A stretch of 64,000 bases of DNA from an uncultured Pseudomonadales bacterium (GTDB lineage Bacteria; Patescibacteriota; Microgenomatia; UBA1400; PJMF01), in assembly GCA_964447075.1 (NCBI GenBank), contig CAYUQY010000004.1, positions 3,760-67,759 on the forward strand, written 5' to 3'. The first letter of the stretch is position 1; every line of letters starts with the position of its first letter. The notes below the pieces were generated by a model, which saw only the letters and a program-made list of their open reading frames with translations, was not told the DNA's origin and ran no database searches. Positions 50,001-58,658 of the stretch are shown piece after piece. A program made the position numbers and the translations under genes.

Positions 50001-53000
50001 ACCTGGTCAAAAGACCGCAACTTCGAGTTTGGCGACGCTGACTCTGACTGGTACACTCCATGGTGGAGTCGGGAGAACACAAGCTACTTTGGTCAAGAGC
50101 TGGGCAAAGGTAAGGGTCTAACTGATAAATCTGGTGAGCTTAAACTCTCCTTGCCTATCTTGGAAAAAAAGAAAACCAATCGCCGTCTCAGACTTGAAGC
50201 TACAGTTGAAGACATCTCTCACCAGACAAGTATTGCCAACTCTCAAGAGTTTCTAGTTTACAACTCATCTCTAGATGTTGGACTTAAGCCCCTCACGTAC
50301 ACTTCAATAGCTGGAGCTCCAGCCGGAGCCGAAGTTGTGACCATAAACTCTGCTACTGGAGAAGAAAAACCAGCTCTTCCCATAAACATTCAAATCCTAC
50401 GCCGCAGCTGGAGCTCAATTCGTGAGAAAAATCCCAATGATGGCCAGCTCTACTGGATCAGCAAACCAATCGATAGTTTTATCGAATCTCAGCAACTGAT
50501 GAGTGATCAACACGGCAGAACAAAAGTAGTGTTTACCCCTCAGGAGGCTGGAACTTACAAAGTTCAGGCTGAAGTGAAAGATGATCAAGGCAGAACTGCT
50601 GTTTCTTCTACCTTTATCTGGGTAACTGGTGACAATGGTCACTTTAACCAAGCCAATAACGATCGAGTCCCACTTATTCCGGACAAGCAAGAGTATAAAG
50701 TAGGTGAAAAAGCTAAAATAGGAGTCGCAGCCAACGTACAATCTGGTATCGGCTTAGTCACCACAGAGAGAAACGGCGTTTATTCTTACCAAGTGCTGAC
50801 CAAGCCAGATCAGCTCAAGTCATTTTCTATCGATATCAATCAGGAGCTTGTACCCAACATCTTTGTCTCGGCTCTCTTTGTCCATCCCAGCACAGACTTT
50901 AGAGCTCCCCCTGACTTCAAGATGGGTATCACCGAGATTAGAGTTAGTGATCCTACCAAACATCTTAATGTAGAGTTTTTAAGTGAAAAGAAAGAGTATT
51001 TACCTGGTGAAGTCCTGAAGTCTAAAGTAAAAGTTACTGATCAGAACGGCGCACCGGTTCAAGCAGAGGTAGCCGTAGCGGTAGTGGACCAAGCAGTTTG
51101 GAGCTTAGCGAGAGTAGAGCTGCCAGATATTTTTGAGCTGTTCTACAGGCCGCAACAGTATGCTGTCAGCACAAGCCATAGCCTGACTCTCTCCATGGAT
51201 AGAATCAATGCCAACACCCTAGTTGGAGCTAAGGGTGGTTCCGGTGGTGGAGGCTGTGAGGGCGGAGACTGTGGAGCGACCACAATGAGAGACAACTTTG
51301 CAGACACTGCTTACTGGAATGCAAGCCTTGTCACCAACTCTCAAGGCATAGCTGAGTTTGAAGTTAAGCTTCCTGACAACTTAACCCAGTGGCGCCTGAG
51401 TGGTGTTGCAGCTACAGACTCAACAGCTGTAGGACAAGGAAGTAGCTCAGTAGTTGTCACTAAGCCTATCTTGATCACTCCCTACCTACCCAGATTCGTA
51501 AGCCTAGGCGATGAAGCCACACTTTCTGCCAGTGTTCACAATCTGACTTCTAGTGATCAAAACTTGAGTATTACTCTAGAACTAAATGGAGGCGAAGTAG
51601 TTGGGAACTCCTCTACATCACTTTTGCTTCCTGCACATACACAGAAAAAAATCGTCTGGCCTAGTAAAATTACAACCTTACAGACAAATCTTGAAGCTAA
51701 AATCACCGCCTCCAATCAACTTCAAGTTCTGGACTCTGTAAAAGTTGTGCTGCCGATGCAGCTCAACAATCAGCTCCAGCAAACTACCACCTCAGGCACA
51801 CTCTCTGGCAGGACTATCGAGCAAATTAAGCTACCTACTGGAGCAGTATCTGAGTTGAGTAAACTAAAACTAACCCTCTCAAGCTCTAGGGTTGGAGCAG
51901 CCATCTCCGGAGTTCAAAACTACATAGCTGAGTATCCTTTTTACTGTACTGAGCAAACAGTGGCGAAGCTCGTAATCATGCTGGGATTTCTGGAGTTGAA
52001 CAACCAGGGTGAAACTTATCAGCAGGGAGTTAGCATCTCCAACTCTCCTCAAGCTGTCGTGACAGACGCTATCGAGAGACTGGTGGCCACTCAAAATCCA
52101 GACGGCGGCTGGGGCTGGTGGGGCAGTAGTATGAGTAGTGACCCAGTCTTAAGCAGTATGGCTACCTCTGCCCTCTGGGAAGCCAAACAGTCGAGTCAAG
52201 TAGTACCTGATGTTACTCTTGATAAAGCCGCTACTTATCTGAGTTCCCTGCTCTCCATCTACTCAATTTCTAGTGATGAACAAGCCATTGTAGTCGAGGC
52301 TTTAACTAAGCTCAAAAAAGTTGATACTGCCACACTCAATAGGATTTTTGAGCACAGGCGTGAAGTTACTTTAACAAGTAGAGCATATCTCTTACTAGCT
52401 ATTCAGAGATCAAGTGGGGTCGATCAGATCGAGAAAACTCTACTTCAAGAGCTACTCTCTTTAGCTAAACTATCCAACACTTCTGTCCACTGGGAAGAGA
52501 ACTCAAAGAGCTCATGGAGGCTATTTTCTAACTCAGCTGGTCTAACTGCCCTCATGATAGAGGCATCTCTAAATGAAAGTCCTGACCATCCATACATAGC
52601 AAGAGCTATTTCCTGGCTAGAAAGTGCCAAGCACGATGGCCACTGGAGCTCAACTCACGATACTAGGTTGGTAGCTCATGCAGTTAGCCGAGTCGCAAAG
52701 CTAGAAAAAGCAGGTTTTTCACAACCATCGTGGCAAGCCAAGTTTCTAAACCAGAATGAGAGCGGACAGTTCGAACACAAAGACATCTTCAAAAATATTG
52801 ATCTCAACTTTTCTCTCAAAGATCTGAAAAGTGAGCAATCTCAAGAGCTATCTTTAGAAAAGAGCGGATGGTCCAATCTTTACTACAACTTAACTGCAGA
52901 TTTTGTCTTCCCTTTTGCAGCTTCAAAGCCCACCTCCAATGGCTTTACCCTCATTAGAGAACTTCAAACTAAAAGCGGGAAAAAATTAAGCAACACAGTG

Positions 53001-53387
53001 ACTACAGATGAGGAGATTTGGGTCAAGTTGACGCTTGTTTCGCCACAGGAGCGTCATCATGTAGTCATTGAGGACAAGCTACCTGCTGGCTTTGAGCCAG
53101 TCAACGAGAGCTTGGCCACTACTACTCTAGATGTATCACCACCTAAGCTAGACTCAGCCCTAGAAACGCCCGACAATCTAACTGAGCTGTTCGCAGACCA
53201 TCAAGAGATGCGCAGTGACAGAACTTTACTTTTTGTTGAAAATCTCACACCGGGGGTGTACTACTTCTCCTACAGAGTTCGACCAAGTATCAAGGGCAAG
53301 TTTCAGTATCCTCCAGCCGTAGTCTCAGAGATGTACTTTCCAGATGTCAAGGCTGCATCTGATGGGGGCTGGATCGAGATAAAGTAA
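47028..53387 (+). CDS. Alpha-2-macroglobulin with four N-terminal Ig-like (Big_5-type) domains and an intact thioester motif
   Basis: DRPIYRPGQ, FRTPEF, RDNFADTAYW, LPDNLTQWR, LPRF, YPFYCTEQ, QNPDGGWGWW, ED.LPAGFE, EMYFP; alternative start ATG 47064. Confidence 0.95.
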   Translation: MVKLPLRSRDLIMKTKSRLPPQPLWTKAFSMLRKFQKKLRLLTAKKLPQLSKIFSSRLKLIVFDWKRFLASDRVSLVQELALNSFRQLKTFAIFLKKYFLTRVSQFVTNFRTASLRTKVRLLILPVFLCLLALFTWQSSSLFTPPKVVVTFPDSQSRDVSVATKVTIQFDRPMLSQHFGTPLKFGKTTASELTPVQFSSDEKPDSVSWQGSNTLSFTPASPLERNTEYILKVDRGLFSSYFVPLWQAQTVKFTTEGDPKILLASPQGEILEKKPIITIMFDRPMVPVTLEGKEADDSSDMLKSPLIFIPLVPGSGRWLGSSAYEWTPDKNLAPATTFQYGVAPGLKAQDGSQMLQSHSFSFETESPHVALPVCTGSQMECESFESQNANTVTVPASGEKYANIATPIVVNLNLPVTLESAQSSVKLFAERGATTLRDVPATIQVHKKQIILTPNQPLERELSYRIQISPGLKTLGGPNQSKDSYSFYFKTAPLPKVLSSDPSDGTKNSDETSQLKVKFNAPMKQSSFNGRLHIDPLPKGDLDLYFSNYSDNNTLSINSSFERSTSYKVTLDPEVVDQHGTPLGKSFQFSFETAPYDSTVVIEPSGTYFATFSQSLGPKFLVRSRNTSSVSVDVFKIDRSSFLELYRARQNYQESEEFRSWQYFSTQKLSKLNSWQIPIESPLNVSKKMVLELKDDKGQKLPAGMYLLDLSVPKGKRRDRTVVIISDSATTFKISPQDMLIWAVNQSNGQPISKQNIEITDKVGESQGLGQTNSDGVWQLHDSMPYSRLLEKNKGQLVLFAFLKEGDNETVVASDWSSGLDGSDFGLNSSYYPTKTNDKQNEVYLLIDRPIYRPGQKVYYKGVVRRRQDNNYTLPTPNSPLQLTVHDSQNKEIYATTVTTSSAGSFAGEFSLGQSGKVGEHSLVVKMGETQASQDFQVEMFRTPEFAVKILTPQQLLIDELIKPTISASYYFGAPLPRAKVSWSLTGQDAPYTWSKDRNFEFGDADSDWYTPWWSRENTSYFGQELGKGKGLTDKSGELKLSLPILEKKKTNRRLRLEATVEDISHQTSIANSQEFLVYNSSLDVGLKPLTYTSIAGAPAGAEVVTINSATGEEKPALPINIQILRRSWSSIREKNPNDGQLYWISKPIDSFIESQQLMSDQHGRTKVVFTPQEAGTYKVQAEVKDDQGRTAVSSTFIWVTGDNGHFNQANNDRVPLIPDKQEYKVGEKAKIGVAANVQSGIGLVTTERNGVYSYQVLTKPDQLKSFSIDINQELVPNIFVSALFVHPSTDFRAPPDFKMGITEIRVSDPTKHLNVEFLSEKKEYLPGEVLKSKVKVTDQNGAPVQAEVAVAVVDQAVWSLARVELPDIFELFYRPQQYAVSTSHSLTLSMDRINANTLVGAKGGSGGGGCEGGDCGATTMRDNFADTAYWNASLVTNSQGIAEFEVKLPDNLTQWRLSGVAATDSTAVGQGSSSVVVTKPILITPYLPRFVSLGDEATLSASVHNLTSSDQNLSITLELNGGEVVGNSSTSLLLPAHTQKKIVWPSKITTLQTNLEAKITASNQLQVLDSVKVVLPMQLNNQLQQTTTSGTLSGRTIEQIKLPTGAVSELSKLKLTLSSSRVGAAISGVQNYIAEYPFYCTEQTVAKLVIMLGFLELNNQGETYQQGVSISNSPQAVVTDAIERLVATQNPDGGWGWWGSSMSSDPVLSSMATSALWEAKQSSQVVPDVTLDKAATYLSSLLSIYSISSDEQAIVVEALTKLKKVDTATLNRIFEHRREVTLTSRAYLLLAIQRSSGVDQIEKTLLQELLSLAKLSNTSVHWEENSKSSWRLFSNSAGLTALMIEASLNESPDHPYIARAISWLESAKHDGHWSSTHDTRLVAHAVSRVAKLEKAGFSQPSWQAKFLNQNESGQFEHKDIFKNIDLNFSLKDLKSEQSQELSLEKSGWSNLYYNLTADFVFPFAASKPTSNGFTLIRELQTKSGKKLSNTVTTDEEIWVKLTLVSPQERHHVVIEDKLPAGFEPVNESLATTTLDVSPPKLDSALETPDNLTELFADHQEMRSDRTLLFVENLTPGVYYFSYRVRPSIKGKFQYPPAVVSEMYFPDVKAASDGGWIEIK

Positions 53388-53396
53388 TGTTAGAGC

Positions 53397-54062
53397 TTAC
53401 AGTACTGTTTTTTTTCTCCACTCTGCTATCAATTTATGATTGCCTTCCAACAAAACTCTAGGAACATCTAAGTCTCGAAAAGTTTCAGGTCTAGTGTACT
53501 GTACAGAGCCCAATGCACCTGGCTGACTGTGTGACTCAGCTTGGTTACTTAGCTCATTGCCCAGAACTCCTGGAACAAGGCGTGTGACAGCGTCAAGCAT
53601 AACCAGACCTGCGCTCTCTCCGCCGCTAAGAACATACTCACCTATGCATTTTTCCTCAGTAGTGAAGTGATCAGCCACGCGCTGATCTACGCCCTCGTAG
53701 TGACCGCAGATAATAACTAAGTCATTGAGCAAACTGTAACGCCATGCATCGCTCTGAGTGAAGTTACTTCCTCTAGCAGAGGTCAGGATGACCATAGGAG
53801 AGTTTAGCTGGAGAGACTCTAAAGCAAGTACAATCGGCTCTACTTTCATAACCATGCCCGGACCACCGCCAAAAGGACGATCATCCGTGACCCTTTGCTT
53901 ATCAACCGCAAACTGCCTAATATCTACTACATGATACTTAACTAGGTTTTTTTCGGCTGCTCTCTTGATCATCGACGTTCCCAAAGGCGACACAAAGAAC
54001 TCAGGAAAGAGCGTCAAGAGATGGATCGTCAAAGTAGGTGTCTGTGTTATACTTTTGGTCAT
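53397..54062 (-). CDS. trmD: tRNA (guanine37-N1)-methyltransferase
   Basis: LTLFPE, DDRPFGGGPGMVM, ICGHYEGVDQR, IGEYVLSGGE, QYTRP; start trimmed to ATG 54062. Confidence 0.95.
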   Translation of the reverse strand: MTKSITQTPTLTIHLLTLFPEFFVSPLGTSMIKRAAEKNLVKYHVVDIRQFAVDKQRVTDDRPFGGGPGMVMKVEPIVLALESLQLNSPMVILTSARGSNFTQSDAWRYSLLNDLVIICGHYEGVDQRVADHFTTEEKCIGEYVLSGGESAGLVMLDAVTRLVPGVLGNELSNQAESHSQPGALGSVQYTRPETFRDLDVPRVLLEGNHKLIAEWRKKTVL

Positions 54063-54087
54063 ACTCAAGATAGATATTGTACCTCTT
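54063..54087. promoter_or_regulatory. Probable bidirectional promoter with overlapping -10 boxes
   Basis: 25-bp divergent spacer; TATTGT (+, 54075-54080) overlaps TACAAT (-, 54076-54081). Confidence 0.4.
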
Positions 54088-55416
54088 ATGCACATCTGCG
54101 TCATCGGCACTGGTTTTGTGGGCGTAGTCAGCAGTGGAGTCTACGCTTCATTGGGTCACAAAGTAATAGGACTCGACATAGATCCCCACAAGATCGACCA
54201 GCTCAAACAGGGAACTGTGCCTTTTTACGAACCTGGACTAACAGAGCTTCTGGTCAAGCAGCAAGCCACTGGAAACCTAAGCTTTACGACCAGCTACAAA
54301 GAGGCTATTTCTTCAGCTGAAGTAATCATTATTGCTGTGGGCACACCATCAGCAGCAGATGGTCAAGCTGACTTGAGGTATATTTTTGCCTCCTGCCAAT
54401 CACTTGCCCCTTTCCTCCAACCAAAGGCTATCATAGCTATTAAGTCTACTGTTCCTCCAGGAACTTTAGCAAAAGTAAACAGCATCATTACTGGGTACTT
54501 TTCACAAAATCACTCTGAAAAAAAGCCTCCCCACTACTCCCTCGCCTCACTCCCAGAATTTCTTAAAGAAGGCACAGCTGTTGAAGACACAGTTCATCCA
54601 GATAGGGTGGTAATTGGTGCCAGCTCGAATGAGGTTTTTGAAGTCTTGAGCCAGCTACACCTACCACTCACTCCCAACATCGTAAAAATATCTCCAGAGT
54701 CAGCTCAGATGGCTAAGTACTCGGCGAACGCTTATCTAGCCACACGAATTACTTTTATCAATCAAATATCTGACCTGTGTCAAAAAAATGGAGCTGATGT
54801 CCAGGAAGTAATAGCTGCTATCTCTCCTGATAAAAGGATCGGTCCTCACTACTGGTACCCTGGACTTGGGTATGGTGGTTCCTGTTTTCCCAAAGATGTC
54901 AAAGAGCTAGCTGCATACTCTAGAAGTGTGGGTGAAGGTAACAATCTTTTCAACAAAATTAACGAGCTAAATGAGAACCGCATTTGGATGTTACTAGATG
55001 CCTTTGCTGATAAAATTGGCGGATGGGAAGGCAAAAATATCGCTTTACTTGGTCTATCCTTCAAACCCAACACCAACGATACGCGAGAAGCTCCTAGTAC
55101 CAAAATAATTCCTTACCTCATGTCACATAGCTGTAAGATTTTGGGTTATGATCCTAAAGCTGAGATTGTTCAAGAAAGTAACTCTGATAGTTCAGGATCA
55201 TTCAAGCAAGAGTCTTCGATCTTGAAGACTGTAAAAAATGCTGATGTAGTAATTGCTGTAGTTGAGTGGCCTGAGATAATTAAATGGGATTTTTCTGCAA
55301 CCAAAGAAACCAAAAAACAGTGCTTTATCGATGCTCGCAATCAATTTGACCGTAGTGCCATCACAAAGCTTGGCTATCACTACCTTGGTGTAGGAACCAC
55401 AAATCAGCATGACTAA
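54088..55416 (+). CDS. ugd: UDP-glucose 6-dehydrogenase
   Basis: MHICVIGTGFVG, AVGTP, KSTVPPGT, PEFLKEG, GYGGSCFPKD, FKPNTNDTRE; start trimmed to ATG 54088. Confidence 0.92.
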   Translation: MHICVIGTGFVGVVSSGVYASLGHKVIGLDIDPHKIDQLKQGTVPFYEPGLTELLVKQQATGNLSFTTSYKEAISSAEVIIIAVGTPSAADGQADLRYIFASCQSLAPFLQPKAIIAIKSTVPPGTLAKVNSIITGYFSQNHSEKKPPHYSLASLPEFLKEGTAVEDTVHPDRVVIGASSNEVFEVLSQLHLPLTPNIVKISPESAQMAKYSANAYLATRITFINQISDLCQKNGADVQEVIAAISPDKRIGPHYWYPGLGYGGSCFPKDVKELAAYSRSVGEGNNLFNKINELNENRIWMLLDAFADKIGGWEGKNIALLGLSFKPNTNDTREAPSTKIIPYLMSHSCKILGYDPKAEIVQESNSDSSGSFKQESSILKTVKNADVVIAVVEWPEIIKWDFSATKETKKQCFIDARNQFDRSAITKLGYHYLGVGTTNQHD

Positions 55417-55444
55417 CAAACTACACACTGCATAACAAATCAAA

Positions 55445-56422
55445 ATGTCTAAAAAAATACTTATCACCGGTGGAACAGGCTTTGTGGGCTCACATCTTAT
55501 CGAGCTACTGTCAAAGGAAGAGCCTGGAGCAACACTCCACAGCACTACTTTTAAAGCAGTTGATAGCTATGTCTCAGCGAACTTCCCCGAAGTTACTCAA
55601 CACAGTCTAAACTTAACCGACAAGCAAGCTACATTTGAGCTTATCTCTACGGTGATGCCCGACGAGCTCTACCACTTAGCCTCAATCTCAGCTGTGGGCT
55701 CTAGTTTTGAAAATGTGCGTGATATCCTGCACAACAATCTAACTCTTCACCTCAATGTCCTAGAGGCTGTCAAAGAGTGTTCTCCAGATACAAAGATGCT
55801 GAGTGTTGGCTCAGCTGAGTGCTACGGTCAATCCAATCTAAAGTTCTTGACTCCTCTAGATGAAACAGCCCTCCCTCTGCCCACCAATCCCTACTCTATT
55901 TCAAAGCTCACCCAAGAGATGCTCAGTCTTTACTATGCTCGCTCTTACAAGCTAAACATCGTCTGTGCTCGACCCTTCAATCATGTTGGTGAGCGCCAAA
56001 CACCCAACTTTGCAGTCAGCGCTTTTGCCTCGCAGATAGCTGCCATTGAGCTTGGCTTGCAGTCACACCTAAGTGTAGGCAATCTAGAGACAGTTCGTGA
56101 CTTTTCTGATGTTAAAGACATAGTGAGAGGCTACTCCACTCTGATGTCTGTTGGTCAAGGCTCGCAAATTTATAATCTTGGAAGTGGTAAAGGCTACCGT
56201 ATTCAAGATATACTCAATAAGTTGATCAGCTTAGCCAGGGTTGAGATCAAAGTTGAGAGTGACCCAAAGCGTATGAGACCTAGTGACACCGCTTGGCTGT
56301 TAGCTGACATTGGTAAAATAAAGTCTTTGGGTTGGTCACCAAAGATTGAGATCATGAACACATTGGAGAGAACTCTGGAGTACTGGCGAGATCAGAAGTC
56401 GCTCTTGGTAGAAAAAAAATAG
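55445..56422 (+). CDS. rmd: GDP-4-keto-6-deoxy-D-mannose reductase-like SDR (GDP-D-rhamnose synthesis)
   Basis: GGTGFVGSHL, GSAECYG, NPYSISK, RPFNHVG, VGNLETVRDFSDV, RMRPSD; directly before gmd. Confidence 0.75.
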   Translation: MSKKILITGGTGFVGSHLIELLSKEEPGATLHSTTFKAVDSYVSANFPEVTQHSLNLTDKQATFELISTVMPDELYHLASISAVGSSFENVRDILHNNLTLHLNVLEAVKECSPDTKMLSVGSAECYGQSNLKFLTPLDETALPLPTNPYSISKLTQEMLSLYYARSYKLNIVCARPFNHVGERQTPNFAVSAFASQIAAIELGLQSHLSVGNLETVRDFSDVKDIVRGYSTLMSVGQGSQIYNLGSGKGYRIQDILNKLISLARVEIKVESDPKRMRPSDTAWLLADIGKIKSLGWSPKIEIMNTLERTLEYWRDQKSLLVEKK

Positions 56423-56475
56423 CTGGTGTAACTTAAAGAGTAGCTTTTTCTAGAGCTACTAGAGAGAAAAATTCT

Positions 56476-57450
56476 ATGAAAAAAGCTTTCATATCCGGAA
56501 TCACAGGACAAGATGGTTCGTACCTTGCAGAGTTGCTACTAGAAAAAGGCTACAGTGTCTACGGCTTGACTAGGCGCACTAGCACCCAGAACTTTGAGCG
56601 CATCGCTGCCGTCAGACATCATGCCAATCTAGAGCTAGTTTCAGGCGACCTACTCGATCAACATTCCTTGACCATTGCTCTTAAAGATATTCAGCCTGAT
56701 GAGGTCTACAACTTGGCAGCTCAATCTTTCGTCAAAGCCAGCTGGGATCAGCCAGTCTTGACAGGAGAGTTTACGGCTCTAGGTGTGACAAGGATGCTTG
56801 AAGCTGTCAGATTTGCCTGTCCCAAAGCTAAGTTTTATCAAGCTAGCTCATCAGAAATGTTTGGCAAAGTCCAAGCTGTTCCCCAGACAGAAAGTACCCC
56901 TTTCTACCCTCGCTCTCCCTACGGTGTCGCCAAAGCCTACGGACACTGGATCACAGTTAACTATCGTGAGTCATTTGATATGTTTGCTGTCTCTGGTTTG
57001 CTGTTCAATCACGAGTCTCCTAGAAGAGGCCTTGAGTTTGTTACTCGCAAGATAGCTAACGCAGTAGCTAGAATCAAGCTAGGTAAACAAGAAAAAATTG
57101 AGCTAGGCAACCTTGGTGCCAAAAGAGACTGGGGATACGCTAAGGACTATGTCGAAGCCATGTGGCTAATGTTGCAACAAGCCAACCCTGAAGACTATGT
57201 GATTGCAACAGGTGAGACACACTCTGTAAGAGAGTTTCTAAAATCAGCTTGTGATGTGGTCGGCATCAAAGACTGGCAGAATATTTATCTTCACAATCCT
57301 AAGTACGATCGTCCAGCTGAAGTAGATCTCCTGATAGGTGATGCAAGCAAAGCTAAAAGAGAACTTGGTTGGCAGCCAACTGTTTCATTCGAAGAACTAG
57401 TTAAGATTATGGTCGAAGCAGAGTTAGAAAATGAAGGAAAAAACCCATGA
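56476..57450 (+). CDS. gmd: GDP-mannose 4,6-dehydratase
   Basis: [54 protein letters not shown]. Confidence 0.97.
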   Translation: MKKAFISGITGQDGSYLAELLLEKGYSVYGLTRRTSTQNFERIAAVRHHANLELVSGDLLDQHSLTIALKDIQPDEVYNLAAQSFVKASWDQPVLTGEFTALGVTRMLEAVRFACPKAKFYQASSSEMFGKVQAVPQTESTPFYPRSPYGVAKAYGHWITVNYRESFDMFAVSGLLFNHESPRRGLEFVTRKIANAVARIKLGKQEKIELGNLGAKRDWGYAKDYVEAMWLMLQQANPEDYVIATGETHSVREFLKSACDVVGIKDWQNIYLHNPKYDRPAEVDLLIGDASKAKRELGWQPTVSFEELVKIMVEAELENEGKNP

Positions 57451-58604
57451 AGAAGGCTATAGTCATCATTCCAACCTACAACGAAAAAGAGAACATCGGA
57501 CCAACCCTCTCAGCTGTGAGCAAGGTATTTGAGCAGATAAAGTCATGGGAGATGCAGGTTTTGGTTGTAGACGACAGCTCTCCAGACGGAACCGGTCAGG
57601 TGGTAATAGATCTACAGAAACAGTACCCTTGGCTAGAGCTTCTCTCCAATCCCAAAAAATCTGGTTTAGGTGGAGCTTACCTTAAGGCCATGGAGCATGC
57701 CTTTGGCAAACTAGGAGCTGACATCGTGTTTGAGTTTGACGCTGATCTACAACATGACCCAAACAAAATTCCTGCCTTCTTGGAAAAAATTGATCAGGGA
57801 GCAGATATGGTTCTGGGCTCACGTTACATGAAGGGTGGAAGTATTCCTGCCTCTTGGGGAGTACACCGCAAATTTTTAAGTTTTTTTGGCAATCTATTGA
57901 TTAGAGCTCTCTTTCTAAGCCCTCACCTCAGTGACTGGACATCTGGTTATAGAGCTATTACAAGGAAAGTTTATGATGTAGCTCATCTTGGTCTTCAGTC
58001 TGAGAGATTCACTGGCTACGCATTTCAGATCGGTTTTCTCTACAAGGCCTTCAGAGCTGGATTTAAGATTGAAATGGTGCCATACCACTTTGCTGATCGA
58101 ACAGTTGGTATCTCCAAAATGAGCTCTGAGTATGCCAAGAACACCATAATTTTCATCTTTAAAATTCGTATTTTGGAGATTTTGGCTAGCAGAAAATTCA
58201 AATTTTTGGTCGTAGGGTCGATAGGAGCTGGAGTTCAGCTAAGCTTCCTGACTTTATTTAGATCACTCATGCTCTTTGAGCTAGCCTATATCTTGAGTAT
58301 TGAGATGGCAGTGATCTCCAACTTCTTGCTCAGCAATACTTGGACCTTTGCAGATCGAAAGCTTCCCTTGTCAGCTTGGCCAGCCAAGTTTTTGACTTTC
58401 AATCTCTCTTCTGCCGGATCAATTATCATTCAAACGATTATCGGCATAACTGGTAAAAATACCATTGGACTGATAGCCCTTTTTACTCTGCCGATACTCA
58501 ACATTTTGGTAGACACTGGGCATGTTTATGCTATCGTAGGCATCCTAGTTGGTCTGGTCTGGAACTTCTACGCTTACTCCAAGTTTGTCTGGAAAAAATC
58601 GTGA
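57447..58604 (+). CDS. DPM1-like polyprenyl-phosphate glycosyltransferase fused to a GtrA-like domain
   Basis: [33 protein letters not shown]; C-terminal [22 protein letters not shown]. Confidence 0.9.
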   Translation: MKKAIVIIPTYNEKENIGPTLSAVSKVFEQIKSWEMQVLVVDDSSPDGTGQVVIDLQKQYPWLELLSNPKKSGLGGAYLKAMEHAFGKLGADIVFEFDADLQHDPNKIPAFLEKIDQGADMVLGSRYMKGGSIPASWGVHRKFLSFFGNLLIRALFLSPHLSDWTSGYRAITRKVYDVAHLGLQSERFTGYAFQIGFLYKAFRAGFKIEMVPYHFADRTVGISKMSSEYAKNTIIFIFKIRILEILASRKFKFLVVGSIGAGVQLSFLTLFRSLMLFELAYILSIEMAVISNFLLSNTWTFADRKLPLSAWPAKFLTFNLSSAGSIIIQTIIGITGKNTIGLIALFTLPILNILVDTGHVYAIVGILVGLVWNFYAYSKFVWKKS

Positions 58605-58658
58605 TCCAATTTATCTTATTTTCTTACTACAGGCCGTTACTCTAGATTTAAGCAAAGC

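Noticed and set aside
53965-54110. Apparent 146-bp head-to-head overlap of trmD and ugd in the ORF track
   Set aside because: Caused by longest-ORF starts; the family N-termini begin at 54062 (-) and 54088 (+), leaving a 25-bp spacer
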